64,000 bases of DNA from Antedon mediterranea (taxonomy: Eukaryota; Animalia; Echinodermata): the NCBI RefSeq assembly GCF_964355755.1, contig NC_092670.1:33096388-33160387 (forward strand), in the 5' to 3' direction. Under the pieces are notes generated by a model. That model was given only the letters and a program-made list of their open reading frames with translations, was not told the origin of the DNA and did not search any database. The stretch's first letter is position 1; each line of letters begins with the position of its first letter. Of this stretch, positions 11,675-23,414 are shown one piece after another. Made by a program: the position numbers and the translations under genes.

Positions 11675-13227
11675 TCTATATATAAATTTACGTAAGGGCA
11701 AAATTCGGTAAATCGCGCCTTACTTCTAGAATTTTTACTCGATGGTATATAAAGTTGGTTCGTACTTTCGGTACTGATTTTAACCACCTGATGTAACCCT
11801 GTTTACTAATTAAATTAAGTTAGATAATTAGTTATTGACGATTAAAACGAATTTAGGTTCAACGATTTGCCCCAAATAGGGGTGTTTTCCGATCGTGGTA
11901 TACACTGTCTAATGGATGTTCATCTTGAAAAATACCCGCCACAAAAATGCGAGGAGGCTTCGCATTTTCCTATCTCCTCCTACGATAATTGTTTTTAATA
12001 GCTGAAAACCGGTTGAACAGTTCGAGTACAGCATCATAATGTTGAAGACAGGCCGATTTTCTTTAAAAAATACTATTTTGATACATTTAATATACGTTTT
12101 TACAAATGTATTGATTTGTGATGAATGGAACATTCCAAATTATTTGGTTTAACCATAGAGGTTTAGATTTATGGACCCCCTTGGAGAATAAACATAAATA
12201 GTATTGCAATGCTGTACAATACTGTTAAGGTATTAACTACTTTTGATCGCAATTTGAATCGCAAATTTCTTACTGTGAGTGTTGGTACTGTTAGATGTAA
12301 TATAAAAATATATACAAATAAACTTTATTACTGTGAGTGTGGGTAGGCCCTACTGTTAGATTATAAACATATAATATACAAATAAACATTCCAAATTATT
12401 TGGTTTAACCATAGAGGTATAGATTTAGATTTATGGGCCCCCTTGGAGAATAAACATAAATAGTATTGCAATGCTGTACAATACTGTTAAGGTATTAACC
12501 ACTTTTGATCGCAATTTGAATCGCAAATTTCTTACTGTGAGTGTTGGTACTGTTAGATGTAATATAAAAATATATACAAATAAACTTTATTACTGTGAGT
12601 GTGGGTAGGCCCTACTGTTAGATTATAAACATATAATATACAAATAAATTAACGTTATTACTGACAGTTGCTTCTCAACGTTTGTATTAATTAATAATTT
12701 AAAAATATATAAACGTCGTAGTGGTGTATCGTTACATGTACTTTACTATTTCAATCGACTATGACAGTGAGAGTTTTAACAAAGTACCGTATTAAATCGT
12801 AAATGTTTTACTGTATTTAGTGGTATATTATTTATAGGCCTATAACACATTTAAAACAATATTTCGTTACTGAGTGGATAAGAATATATTTTAAAATGTT
12901 TCCTCTTTGTACCTATCTTCTTCCCCCATCCCTCAACTCTTAATGTTACATACAAAACACAAATTGGGTTTGTTTAAATGAGTCCAAATAAAAAAATTTG
13001 ACTCATTTTGTTTCTCTCTCGGAAGTAATTCCCAGGGTGCTAATTTTGGTTGACTACATAAATAATTGTGTATATTTATTCGTTTCTGTAAACGACAATG
13101 TATTATAGTCCTGCGGTACGTACATTTGAAATCTCCATTTTTTTTCTCGCTGGAAATACTGTGTATTCGAGAACCATCTGTGGGCACGACCTAGATGGTA
13201 CGCGAGCGAAGCGAGCGTGCCATCTAG
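11675..13227 (+). mobile_element. Non-autonomous Helitron family H1
   Basis: 5' TCTATATATAAA, 3' hairpin and CTAG, no TSD; empty site confirmed by the opposite PLE arm (~14520); internal ~256-bp direct duplication (12129/12385). Confidence 0.88.
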
Positions 13228-15765
13228 TCTGTTGTAATTGGTGTAACAGGAAGCTTCCAACAAGTTCACACGTTTCTGCGCCATCATAACTACCCATAGT
13301 CACATCGAATGCTGTGGGGCCTTTCTTTTGCCATGGTTGCTGTTTGTGTGATAATATTGATTTTCTGGTATGTACGATGATTTCTCTTTTGTCGTTGGTA
13401 ATATCATCGTATCTATTAGCAAAGTATAGTGCTTTGTTCAGCAGGTCATTGCGGATAGAGGGGTAAAATTCTACGGTTTCGAAGCATATAAAGTTGTGTT
13501 GTTGTTTCTTGTCGATGCTCTTAAACCATTCGATGACCGATGAGGTATATTTCCATTGGTTGGTGCGAAGTTTTGTTGTAATTTTGCTGTTAATATGATC
13601 GAGTATAGTTTTGGTTATCTTGCCTATCTCGGATTTGGTCGGGTTTATTAATCGGCAAGTCGGTTTGTTAGTGAAGTTCGGTTTGTGGTCTTTAAGGGTT
13701 ATGAAAGCATCTTTATTTGCAGTTGTATCCACTCTGTCGGCGATGTTCAATTTTGTTGCAATCCTTTTGTTTTTTCTATGAATCGTTTGTACGAGTTCAG
13801 GTTCTGCTTTCTTGTATGATTTGGTGATGTTTTCTTCTAGGAGGTTGTCATACGTCGGTGGGTCTAGTTTGTAGAAATTTGTGGTTTTGTCGGCTGCAAT
13901 TAAAAGTTCGGGCTCGTTTTCAATTTTCTTGGAGTTGGTTTTTAACTTGTTGAGTAGAGGGTTGTCTACGTTTTTTAATGTTGTCGATTGTATCAGATGG
14001 AGTATGTCATCTTCGAATTTGTATAGTTCTTCGATCGGTGGTGGGTTTTTGGTAGACTTGAGCCAAATGTTTGCTTGGATGATGTGGTGGTGCCGATTAA
14101 TATACCTGACCAAATCCGAGATAGGCAAGATAAGCAAAACTATACTCGATCGTATTAACAGCAAAATTACATCAAAACTTTGCACCAACAAATGGAAAAA
14201 TACCTCATCGGTCATCGAATGGTTTAAGAGCATCGACAAGAAACAACAACACAACTTTATATGCTTCGACATCGTAGAATTTTACCCCTCTATCAGCAAT
14301 GACCTGCTGAACAAAGCACTAGACTTTGCTAATAGATACGATGATATTACCAACGACGAAAGAGACATCATTGTACATACCAAAAAATCAATATTATCAC
14401 ACAAACAGCAACCATGGCAAAAGAAAGGCCTCACAGCATTCGATGTGACTATGGGTAGTTATGATGGCGCAGAAACGTGTGAACTTGTTGGAAGCTTCCT
14501 GTTACACCAATTACAACAGAAACTAGGAATCAACATAGGACTTTACAGAGATGACGGCCTTGCCGTCACAGACACCACACCTAAAAGCACAGAAAACATT
14601 AAAAAAGACATATGCCAAATATTCAAAGATAACAGCCTACGCATTACCATAGAAGCAAACAAACAAGTCATTAACTTCTTAGACGTCAAACTAAACCTAT
14701 CGAGGAACACATACCAGCCCTACACCAAACCAAACGCCACGTTACAGTATATCCATCAACAAAGTAACCACCCACCGACCATCCTAAAGAATATACCCGC
14801 CGGAATAAACAAACGACTCTCGTCCTTGTCATCCGACAAGAATTCATTCAACCAAGCCGCCCCTGTATACCAGAAAACTCTCAATGACAGTGGATACCAG
14901 TACACACTAAAATACGAGCCGGTAACCCAGACAAGACGAAAAAACAGATAACGAAACGACATTCTGTGGTACAACCCACCGTTCAGCAAAAACGTCAGCA
15001 CAAACATTGGACAGAAATTCCTATCCCTAGAGATTAGCTACAGTTGTATGAACAATATGAAACAGATAATAGACAGTCACAACAAGAGAATACTCAACCA
15101 GCCCGAAACAACATCCATGGAAAACACGCAAGAAATCAAAACATGCAACTGCCGACAGAAAAACACATGCCCGCTAAACGGAAATTGCCTACAATCATCT
15201 GTAATATACCAAACCACAGTTACACGCAAAGAAAATCCACCTCGGAAACTTATATCGGACTCACTGAAAATGATTTTAAAACACGATACAGAAATCACAC
15301 CTCATCATTCCGTCATACACGTTCTAGAAACTCAACCGAACTCAGTAAACATATTTGGACACTCAAGGACAACAACACAGACTATTCAATCTCATGGGGC
15401 ATTTTGGCATCTGCTAAAGCATACAGTAGCGCAAACAAAAAATGAAACCTCTGCCTCAAAGAGAAATTATTTATCATCCGCCACCCTAAATTATTGACAT
15501 TAAACAAACGCAACGAACTTGTGTCCGCCTGCCGGCACAGAAAGAAAGCATTGTTACATAACAGCTGACCTTCCAAAACATATCACCCCTAAATGCTAAT
15601 TCTACAAGTAAATGTGCTTATAAGCAACTTTGTAATTGATTGTTCTCATTATAGTCTCCTGATGCATGAGTTGCACGACTCACGAAACAAGCCTGTAGAG
15701 ACCAAACTGTAGTTTTTACTTCTTTTCCAGACTTAACGTATATATATATATATATATATTTTATA

Positions 15766-17140
15766 TAGTAGCGTTGATTTTTTGGACACTATAGTGACCA
15801 TAGAAAATGGTACACTCAAAACTGACCTATTCCGTAAACCCACGGATAAAAATATGTACCTGCTCCCTAGCTGTTGTCACCCCCAACACTGTACTAAAAA
15901 CATACCGTACAGTCAAGCATTACGTATCAGACGTATCTGTTCTTCAGATTTAGATTTTCAGAATGGTACCGAAGAACTAACCGGACATCTCCGGAATAGA
16001 AATTACAAGAAGGAATACATCGAAACTGCTATAAAGAAAGCAAAAGATATTCCTCGATGTCAAACACTGACGTACAAACCACGTCAGCAAAAAAAATCGA
16101 CCAGAGTGCCATTGGTCACAACCTACCACCATAGGTTGCCTCCATTACGGGCTATTATTGAGAAACATATGCCCATTCTACAGTCCACAGAACGTCTCAG
16201 GACTGTTTTTCCGGAACCACCCATTATTGCATTTCGTAGACCTTCCAACCTTCGTGATATATTAGTCGGATCCAAATTTAAGAGTGAAATTAACTCTCAT
16301 GACAGCCAAAATTTGGGCAGTCACCTTTGCGGCAAATCTTGCAAAATTTGTTCATTGGTTGATTCTACTGAAAAATTTGAGAGTAACCAAACTGGCCGCA
16401 TTTTTCGGATAAGACAATCAATTAATTGTCTAACCAAAAACGTCATTTATCCCATATACTGTAATATTTGTGGCAAACAGTACGTCGGAAAAACAAAAAA
16501 ACACTCTCCGTATGAGAATGACACAACATAGATCACCTATCAAAACATTAAAGCTTGATCAACCTGTAGCCAAACATTTTAATTCAGCTGGTCACTCGAT
16601 TGCAAATTTCAGAGTTATTGCAATAGACCACGATGTCAAATGGAGCGACAAAACTCGCAAAGACAAAGAAAACCACTGGGAATTACTACTTAAAACCACA
16701 AAACCTTTTGGACTTAACATTAGGAACATACTCCCAGATCGGTAAAATTATTCCATTGACTACCAAAATTTAAGTTTCAATATTAACCACCATTTAAGCT
16801 GTTTTTTAGTCTCATTCCAAAATTCTTTATATCTCTACCAAGCTACCTTCTTTGTTTTCCACTCTTATTCAGACTCCACCCTGGCTCCCTTTGTTATATT
16901 TCTTTTATTCCTGTCCATCCACGCAGCACTTACCAGCTTTTATACTATGATGTTATCCAAATTCCTTCACTTGCACTGATGAAGGGCTAGTGTTGCCCGA
17001 AAGCTCTGCTAACTTTTCTGGCTGTTTACTTTATCGTTTTGATTTAGCTTTTCGCTTTTTATTTTTGAATCTCCATTGAGATCAAGCCACTGATACCCAC
17101 AGCATTGTCATTTTTTTTCAGTAATTTGCCTTTGGATTTA
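15766..17140 (+). mobile_element. Inverted arm of the same Neptune-like PLE (frameshifted ORFs 15782-16531, 16470-16745)
   Basis: Reverse complement of 8665-10040 with scattered substitutions and indels. Confidence 0.92.
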
Positions 17141-17164
17141 TATATATATTTTATATATATATTT

Positions 17165-17872
17165 ATGAATTAGATAGAACACGGGCGTCTATTACACGGT
17201 GTTTCACGTTAAACGATCTTCAGATAGACTGAACAATACCGTATCTCGAGGTGTTATAAGGCTTTAGTCAGGTGGTATGTAAATTTTCTTGTTATGACAA
17301 CATTTTGAAATCAGTTCAGACCTCTTGTTTAACAAATTTGTTTTGTTTGCATTTAGATTACATAGCTTTTCATCTAAACAAAGACTACAGCAACGCCCAT
17401 AAGCCGCGTTCTTAGTGGAGGAATATTTAATTACTTTCCATTTAATTGTAAACATTACGTCATCACTTTTCAAAGACCATACGTACTAGAGAGCTCTGAT
17501 TCTTTACTGTACGTTTCTTTTTTGAAAGATTCCTTGTGATTGTTAAACCTAGTTTTAAACTGCCCACCCGTCATACCAATATATGTTTTAGTTTCGTTAT
17601 TGGTTATGAAGTTGGCGGAGTAGACAATTTCAGATGCGAGGCATGAACCATTTAGGGGGCATTCGGGTTTGTTGCGGCAATTGCACGCACTTTCTCGTTC
17701 TGTGTGGGGGTTCAGTACATTGTGGTTATGCTTGCTAATTACATTTTTTACACATGTCATACAACTATAGCTTACTTTAACATTGTTCTTATTAAATATT
17801 TTATGTAATACGTGTCCATTGGAAAAAATGTTTTTTAATTAATTGTAAAAAGGTTCGTGCGAAATTTGTCTA
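17165..17872 (-). mobile_element. Third PLE family, 3' fragment with degenerate GIY-YIG domain
   Basis: CNCRNKPECPLNGSCL..IVY..TYIGMTGGQFKTRFNNH..SF and C.LCLDEK..LNKRSEL motifs; adjoins a TA-rich tract. Confidence 0.88.
17187..17229 (-). ncRNA. Type I minimal hammerhead ribozyme, PLE family 3
   Basis: gucuau-CUGAAGA-ucgu(uua)acgu-GAAA-ca(ccg)uGUA-auagac: 6-bp stem I, core, short stem II, GUA triplet. Confidence 0.8.
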
Positions 17873-17877
17873 ATTAC

Positions 17878-20795
17878 GATCACAGGTTACACTGGTGCCG
17901 CAGACCAAGACGTTTTTTAACTTCTAACGGAAAAAGCAGTCGAATTAAAATGTCTTTTTACCCTCCTGCTGTCATCGACATCGGTATATGCTTCGTACTT
18001 GTATTCGCCCGTCACACCGGTCATTAACACGCTCAATCGTCCGGCAGTTTCATTTCTACATTGACTCGTTTGTTCACGGAAGTAAAGGGTTGTATTTCTT
18101 TTTTTTATATTTTCATTTTTGTTTCACAATGGCAACCGATACATATTAGTAATTGGTGATTATTACACTAAATATTTGGTATTATTTTCAATTCCCAACC
18201 AGACTGAAACCACTGTTGTTAAATGTTTATGCGATGATTTTATTAAACGGCATGGAGTACCAGCTTCTATCCACACCGACCAAGGTGCTCAATTTGAATC
18301 GAATTTAATATAAAAAAATTGCAAGTACTTTGGTATCACAAAAACAAAAACCACACCATACCACCCCAGCCTGATGGCATGATCGAAAGATTTAACAGAA
18401 CCATGAAGGATCAATTGGCAAAGCAGTTATACAGAAGGTCACGATCGGGACAATTTACTCAGGCAGATCGAATACAGTACAATGCGATAGTGCACGAAAC
18501 TACAGGATATAGTCCGTTTTATTTAGTCCATGGAAGAGAACCAATATTGGCATGCAACGTTTTGTACGAAACAAATCCATCACCTAACCAAACTACTCAA
18601 GAGTATGTTGCGGACTTACTTAATCGCAACCATAAAGCTTCCGATTTTGTGACTGAAAAAGTAGCCATTCAAAAAAATAAGCAGAAGTCATTTTATGATC
18701 GAAAACAGTCTCAACCTCACAAAATTGGAGAGAAAGTTTGGCTTGATGATCCTGTGAGATGGAAAGGACCATACGCAGTTGTAGAGGTGAAAAAGTTTAG
18801 TGTACAAATTGCAAGACAGTAGTGGTAAATATCCCAGACAAGTCCACTACAACCGTTTGAAACCATATATTCAACCATCGGAGAAAGCTGAAACATCATC
18901 AGATAACTTCCTGATAAAACCAACAACATCCCGTTAAAGTCTACGAGATCTGGCAGAAGTGTGAATCGACCTTCCAGATTCTTACAAGAATGAACTTTTT
19001 ATTATTATAGAACTGATAAATACTTTCTATAAAATTGTTGTTACAGTATAACATAAGCATGCCAAGTCAATGCATTTTCATTAGATATGAACAGAATTTG
19101 GTTGTACACAGATTTTAAGATAAACGTTAATTGTTTATTGTTTAAAGTTAATTGCTTTTCAATTATGTTTAAAAAAAAGGAATGTAAAAGTTAAATATTT
19201 AGTTAGTATTTGAGATCACCTAATTCACATTGTGTAGTAATTTTTCATATGCCAATAATATCTTAAAAAGTAAGAACTGTAGCTGCTCTGAGATGATTTT
19301 GATATGTTTTGTATGCATTATGTAAATGTTTGTGGTTTGTATGTACTGTACGCCATTCGTATACTACATTGTTTCATGTTATGTACTGTATGCCATTCGT
19401 ATACTACATTGTTTCATGTTATGTACTGTACGCCATTCGTACACTACATTGTTTCATGTTATGTACTGTACGCCATTCGTATACTATATTGTTTCATGTT
19501 ATGTACTGTATGCCATTCGTATACTACATTGTTTCATGTTATGTACTGTACGCCATTCGTACACTACATTGTTTCATGTTATGTATTGTACGCCATTCAT
19601 GCACTACATTGTTTCATGTTATGTACTGTATGCCATTCGTATACTACATTGTTTCATGTTATGTACTGTATGCCATTCGTATACTACATTGTTTAGTGTA
19701 TGTACTGTACGCCATTCGTACACTACATTGTTTCATGTTATGTACTGTACGCCATTCGTACACTACATTGTTTTGTGTATGTACTGTACGCCATTCGTAC
19801 ACTACATTGTTTTGTGTATGTACTGTACGCCATTCGTACACTACATTGTTTCATGTTATTTACTGTACGCCATTCGTACACTACATTGTTTTGTGTATGT
19901 ACTGTACGCCATTCGTACACTACATTGTTTTGTGTATGTACTGTACGCCATTCGTATACTACATTGTTTTGTGTATGTACTGTACGCCATTCGTACACTA
20001 CATTGTTTCATGTTATTTACTGTACGCCATTCGTACACTACATTGTTTTGTGTATGTACTGTACGCCATTCGTACACTACATTGTTTCATGTTATTTACT
20101 GTACGCCATTCGTACACTACATTGTTTTGTGTATGTACTGTACGCCATTCGTACACTACATTGTTTTGTGTATGTACTGTACGCCATTCGTACACTACAT
20201 TGTTTCATGTTATTCACTGTACGCCATTCGTATACTACATTGTTTTGTGTATGTACTGTACGCCATTTGTATACTACATTGTTTAGTGTATGTACTGTAC
20301 GCCATTCGTACACTACATGATTTCATGTTATGTACTGTACGCCATTCGTACACTACATTGTTTCATGTTATTTACTGTACGCCATTCGTATACTAAATTG
20401 TTTTGTGTATGTACTGTACACCATTCGTACACTACATTGTTTCATGTTATGTACTGTACGCACCTCGTATACTACATTGTTTATATGTCATGTATGTCAT
20501 TTATGCAACACATGTTTTGTGTTGTCTTTTCTTGTAGTGAGTGATCATAATCTACAGAGTAATAATCACAATAGCCATTTCAATAATATTCTCCCTCGTG
20601 TAAGATATTTAGAGAAGTTAAGGTCACGCTATATAGGGCGTTCATAGAAAGAACCTCGTGGGTTGAAGAGGTGAGATACATCATGGCGATGTAAGGTTTA
20701 TAATAACCCAATAAAGGAGTACGTTTAAAGAGCTGGATGTCAAGATTGTTTATTGACTACTGTTATACTATCACTAATTATGATCACAGGTTACA
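17878..20795 (+). mobile_element. Deleted Ty3/Gypsy LTR retrotransposon: 5' LTR stub + PBS, integrase remnant (~18119-18990), 3' LTR 20533-20795
   Basis: GNRYILVIGDYYTKY, HGVPASIHTDQGAQFES, DGMIERFNRTMK, TGYSPF, GPY motifs. 3' LTR is TGTA..gtgatcat / atgatcac..TACA. The same LTR end (gatcacaggttaca) at 17878-17891 precedes a TGGTGCCG PBS. Confidence 0.85.
19340..20482. repeat. 39/40-bp minisatellite (~29 units) in the Gypsy 3' region
   Basis: Unit tatgtactgtacgccattcgta(c/t)actacattgttt(catgt|tgtg); contiguous, no spacers. Confidence 0.97.
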
Positions 20796-20843
20796 ATAAG
20801 ATGGGTCTGTCTATAAATTGTAGCAAGACAGAGTGTTTAGTAG

Positions 20844-21756
20844 GGCGCTACTGCAGTCTCGCACCACACAGTTATATCTTCGACTTCTCACCTAAATTAT
20901 TTCTCACACCCACATCATACAATTTGGGGCCATCATGTAACATGTTCCCATGATTTAGCCACCGTTAAATTACATTTATTACAATAAAAAATACCTTTAA
21001 AAACAGCTCCTTTTCCGGAAATACTTTGATCAAACTGTGGCCATTTTAGAATCAGAAAATTGCCAGAAACCAATGTATCTTTTCATTTTATTTTTTATTT
21101 TTAAACTACAGAGTTTGGTTTTATACTAGAACCTGCTGTATCAACACGGCGACGATATGAGTCCGTACATATAACATTTTTTTTTTTTTTTAATTCACAA
21201 TTTTAAAAATCATAAACCATATATTTTAATTTCATTATGTAAAACACATATCTAAGATCGTCATCATCATAGCAAATACTGTATTGTTATCTCACTGTAT
21301 TAAAAAATAGAAAATGATTTGTTTTCCTTTTTGTGAAATATTAATTTTCTTTAATAGGCCCTAATAATATGAATAATAATATTAATGAAATATTAATTTA
21401 ACCTTACTACACCATCTGAAAACATTTCTTGCCTTTCAAAAGTAAATACACATGTGTAATCGGATTTTATAACACTACCCTCTGTAGCTTCTACATTTTT
21501 GTACATTTTTGGAAAATGAAGCATACATTCTGGCAATCAATTGTTCAATACCAGATGACGAACATTCGCAGTGTGACAACGAGTTCAGAGTATCGTTAAA
21601 AATGTCTTGAAAAGTATTGTTATTTAAAACAAATTACTTCGTAAGTGATCGAACCGTATAGACATGTTACATACTATTATGTTGTGAGTGTGAAAAAAGA
21701 AAGTTTAGGTGAGAAATCGAAGATATAACAGTGTGGTGCAAAACTGCAGTAGCGCC
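20844..21756. mobile_element. Mutator-like MITE, copy 1
   Basis: Long imperfect TIRs ggcgctactgcagt..gcaccacac; exact 9-bp TSD gtttagtag; empty site visible in the RTE paralog (~58220). Confidence 0.88.
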
Positions 21757-23414
21757 GTTTAGTAGTGTCAAAAAAGGAGAGTCCAACATGTAACCTTAGA
21801 GCAGGAGACAAAATTCAGCAGGTGTCATCTTTTTACTATATTGGGAACAAAATAACAGATGATGCCAGGTGTGTAGCGGAGATAAAAAGAAGGATAGTCC
21901 TTGCAAAATCCGCATTTCGAGAAATAGAAAATATCTTGAAGAACTGTGCTGATGTATGGAAGTGAAGCCTGGTCAATAGCAACTGACCTCAGAAAAAGAT
22001 TGGAAAGCTGTGAGATATGGTTTCTAAGGAGATTGTTGAGAATTCCATGGACAGATAGCGTTAGTAATGAAGATGTGTTGATAAGAGCTGGATGGAGTGT
22101 GCAGAAAGCTACTGAAGGATATTGGGATTAGACAGATGAAGTTCATGGGACAAGTGTTGAGGACTTGGCATTAACTGGACAGACAGAAGGAAGAAGGAGC
22201 AGGGAAGAAAAAGAGTCACTTGGTTGGCTAGTATAGCTGAATGGATTCGGAATAGAGGTGAGAATACCAAAGAAGTAGAGTTGTTAATAATAATAATTAT
22301 TATTGAACATGTTGTCGTTAAGTTGTTGAACATGGAAATAGACAGACAATTGTGGCACAACATGATCCGGCACTTTGAGAGAGTTCAATGACATTTTGCC
22401 TGTCGCTTGTCAAGTACGAGTGAAGTATGACGTCATAACATTGACAAAGTTTACCAAACTCACCATCACCATCATCGTCATGTATCGCCGTGCTTAAAAT
22501 ACAACGAGGCGCATTTGGGCTAGGACGGTTGTGACAGTAACTCCATTACGTGGATATAATAATATAATGAACATGATACATATACATAACAATAGGCCTA
22601 CTTGTATACTTTGATTTGCTTCCTGACAACCACTCAAATTGTCCTTCTTTATTTAAATCATTGTATCCAATCCAAGCTTCGTTTAGTGAATTTCCTATAA
22701 TCAATTGGTTAAGTATCCACATGTCTTCGCTTTTACTTGAAATTTCAACCAAATTCCCACTAAGACTATAGCATACATCTCTCCCGGAATTCCACGTACC
22801 AGGAGATGTGAGATAGTAGCATTTTAAAAATTGAGAGCTATAGTGCCATCCAGTTGGACACCCTACAAATAAAATAATATTCGTACTATTATTGCGAACA
22901 AATAAATTTGCTTACAGTCTACTGTAGACCTAATTCAATTCAATAAAAATGCGTATTATTAGGCGGATTAATAAGAATAAGATATTAATAGAAGGTGAGC
23001 TCGCTTTGGACGCTCATCCTCTAATAAATGCCGTAGGCCTAACTGGTATTTTCAATACTTTATTTTGTTTTTTTTTTAATTTCTGACATTTTAATTGTAT
23101 ATACTGATTTTACAATACTCCGATGATTTATGAATTTATTTGACTTGAACGTTAACATTTTTTGCAGTATAAATTTTTTTTGCTAAAATCTCCCAGACTT
23201 TGTATCAGTTGCGTTCCCTTTATAATATACAAATTTGCACCCAATTTTAATCCTGTGTACAGCTGTGTAGACCTAACAGTTATTTTGACAACAAAATAGA
23301 TGTTGTCCATTCCTATATAAGATGTCCATGTATACTTAAAAACCATAAAACACTGTGTTGTATTTGTCCCAAAAGCTTCAAACGCGACAAAAGCTAATAA
23401 CTAGTAGGTAGGCC

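Larger units (their letters stand above)
10341..15740. mobile_element. Second PLE family (probably Nematis-like) as a tail-out fold-back: minus arm 10341-14090 (Helitron-interrupted), plus arm 14091-15740
   Basis: ADKT, FDIVEFYPSI, TMGSYDGAE, YRDDGL, WYNPPFS, CNCR..CPLNGNCL, IY.ATV..YIG.TE..FK.RY..H GIY-YIG motifs; inversion junction at ~14091; (TA)n flanks. Confidence 0.9.
3978..22382 (+). mobile_element. 5'-truncated RTE-clade LINE split by nested insertions (pieces ~3978-4272, ~20797-20843, 21757-22382)
   Basis: Pieces are colinear with the reverse complement of RTE 57552-58990; (GA)n tail; near-TSD gtttaatga (3969-3977) / gttcaatga (22383-22391). Confidence 0.85.
2280..22862 (-). pseudogene. 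C-type lectin/HYR gene copy A (exons 22602-22862, 3129-3251, 2790-3017, 2280-2392), probably disabled or exon-skipping
   Basis: Exons colinear with copy B. HYR-exon acceptor is GG (ttccatgg) instead of AG, and the exon has -2 and -25 nt deletions that scramble ~16 residues. Both CTLD exons remain open. The CTLD intron is ~19.3 kb versus ~330 bp in copy B. Confidence 0.7.

Noticed and set aside
13103-14951. Two long overlapping antisense ORFs (389 and 356 aa)
   Set aside because: Artefact of the PLE inversion junction: each N-terminus is the antisense of the other arm, and one C-terminus runs into the Helitron.
14940-14960. In-frame stops in the PLE ORF as possible selenocysteine or read-through codons
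   Set aside because: TAA in one arm and TGA at the adjacent codon in the other arm are independent C>T mutations of CAA CGA.
19304-20647. Long Cys/Tyr/His-rich ORFs on both strands; superficially CRISPR-like periodicity
   Set aside because: Translations of a 39/40-bp minisatellite; no unique spacers, no cas genes, eukaryotic context.
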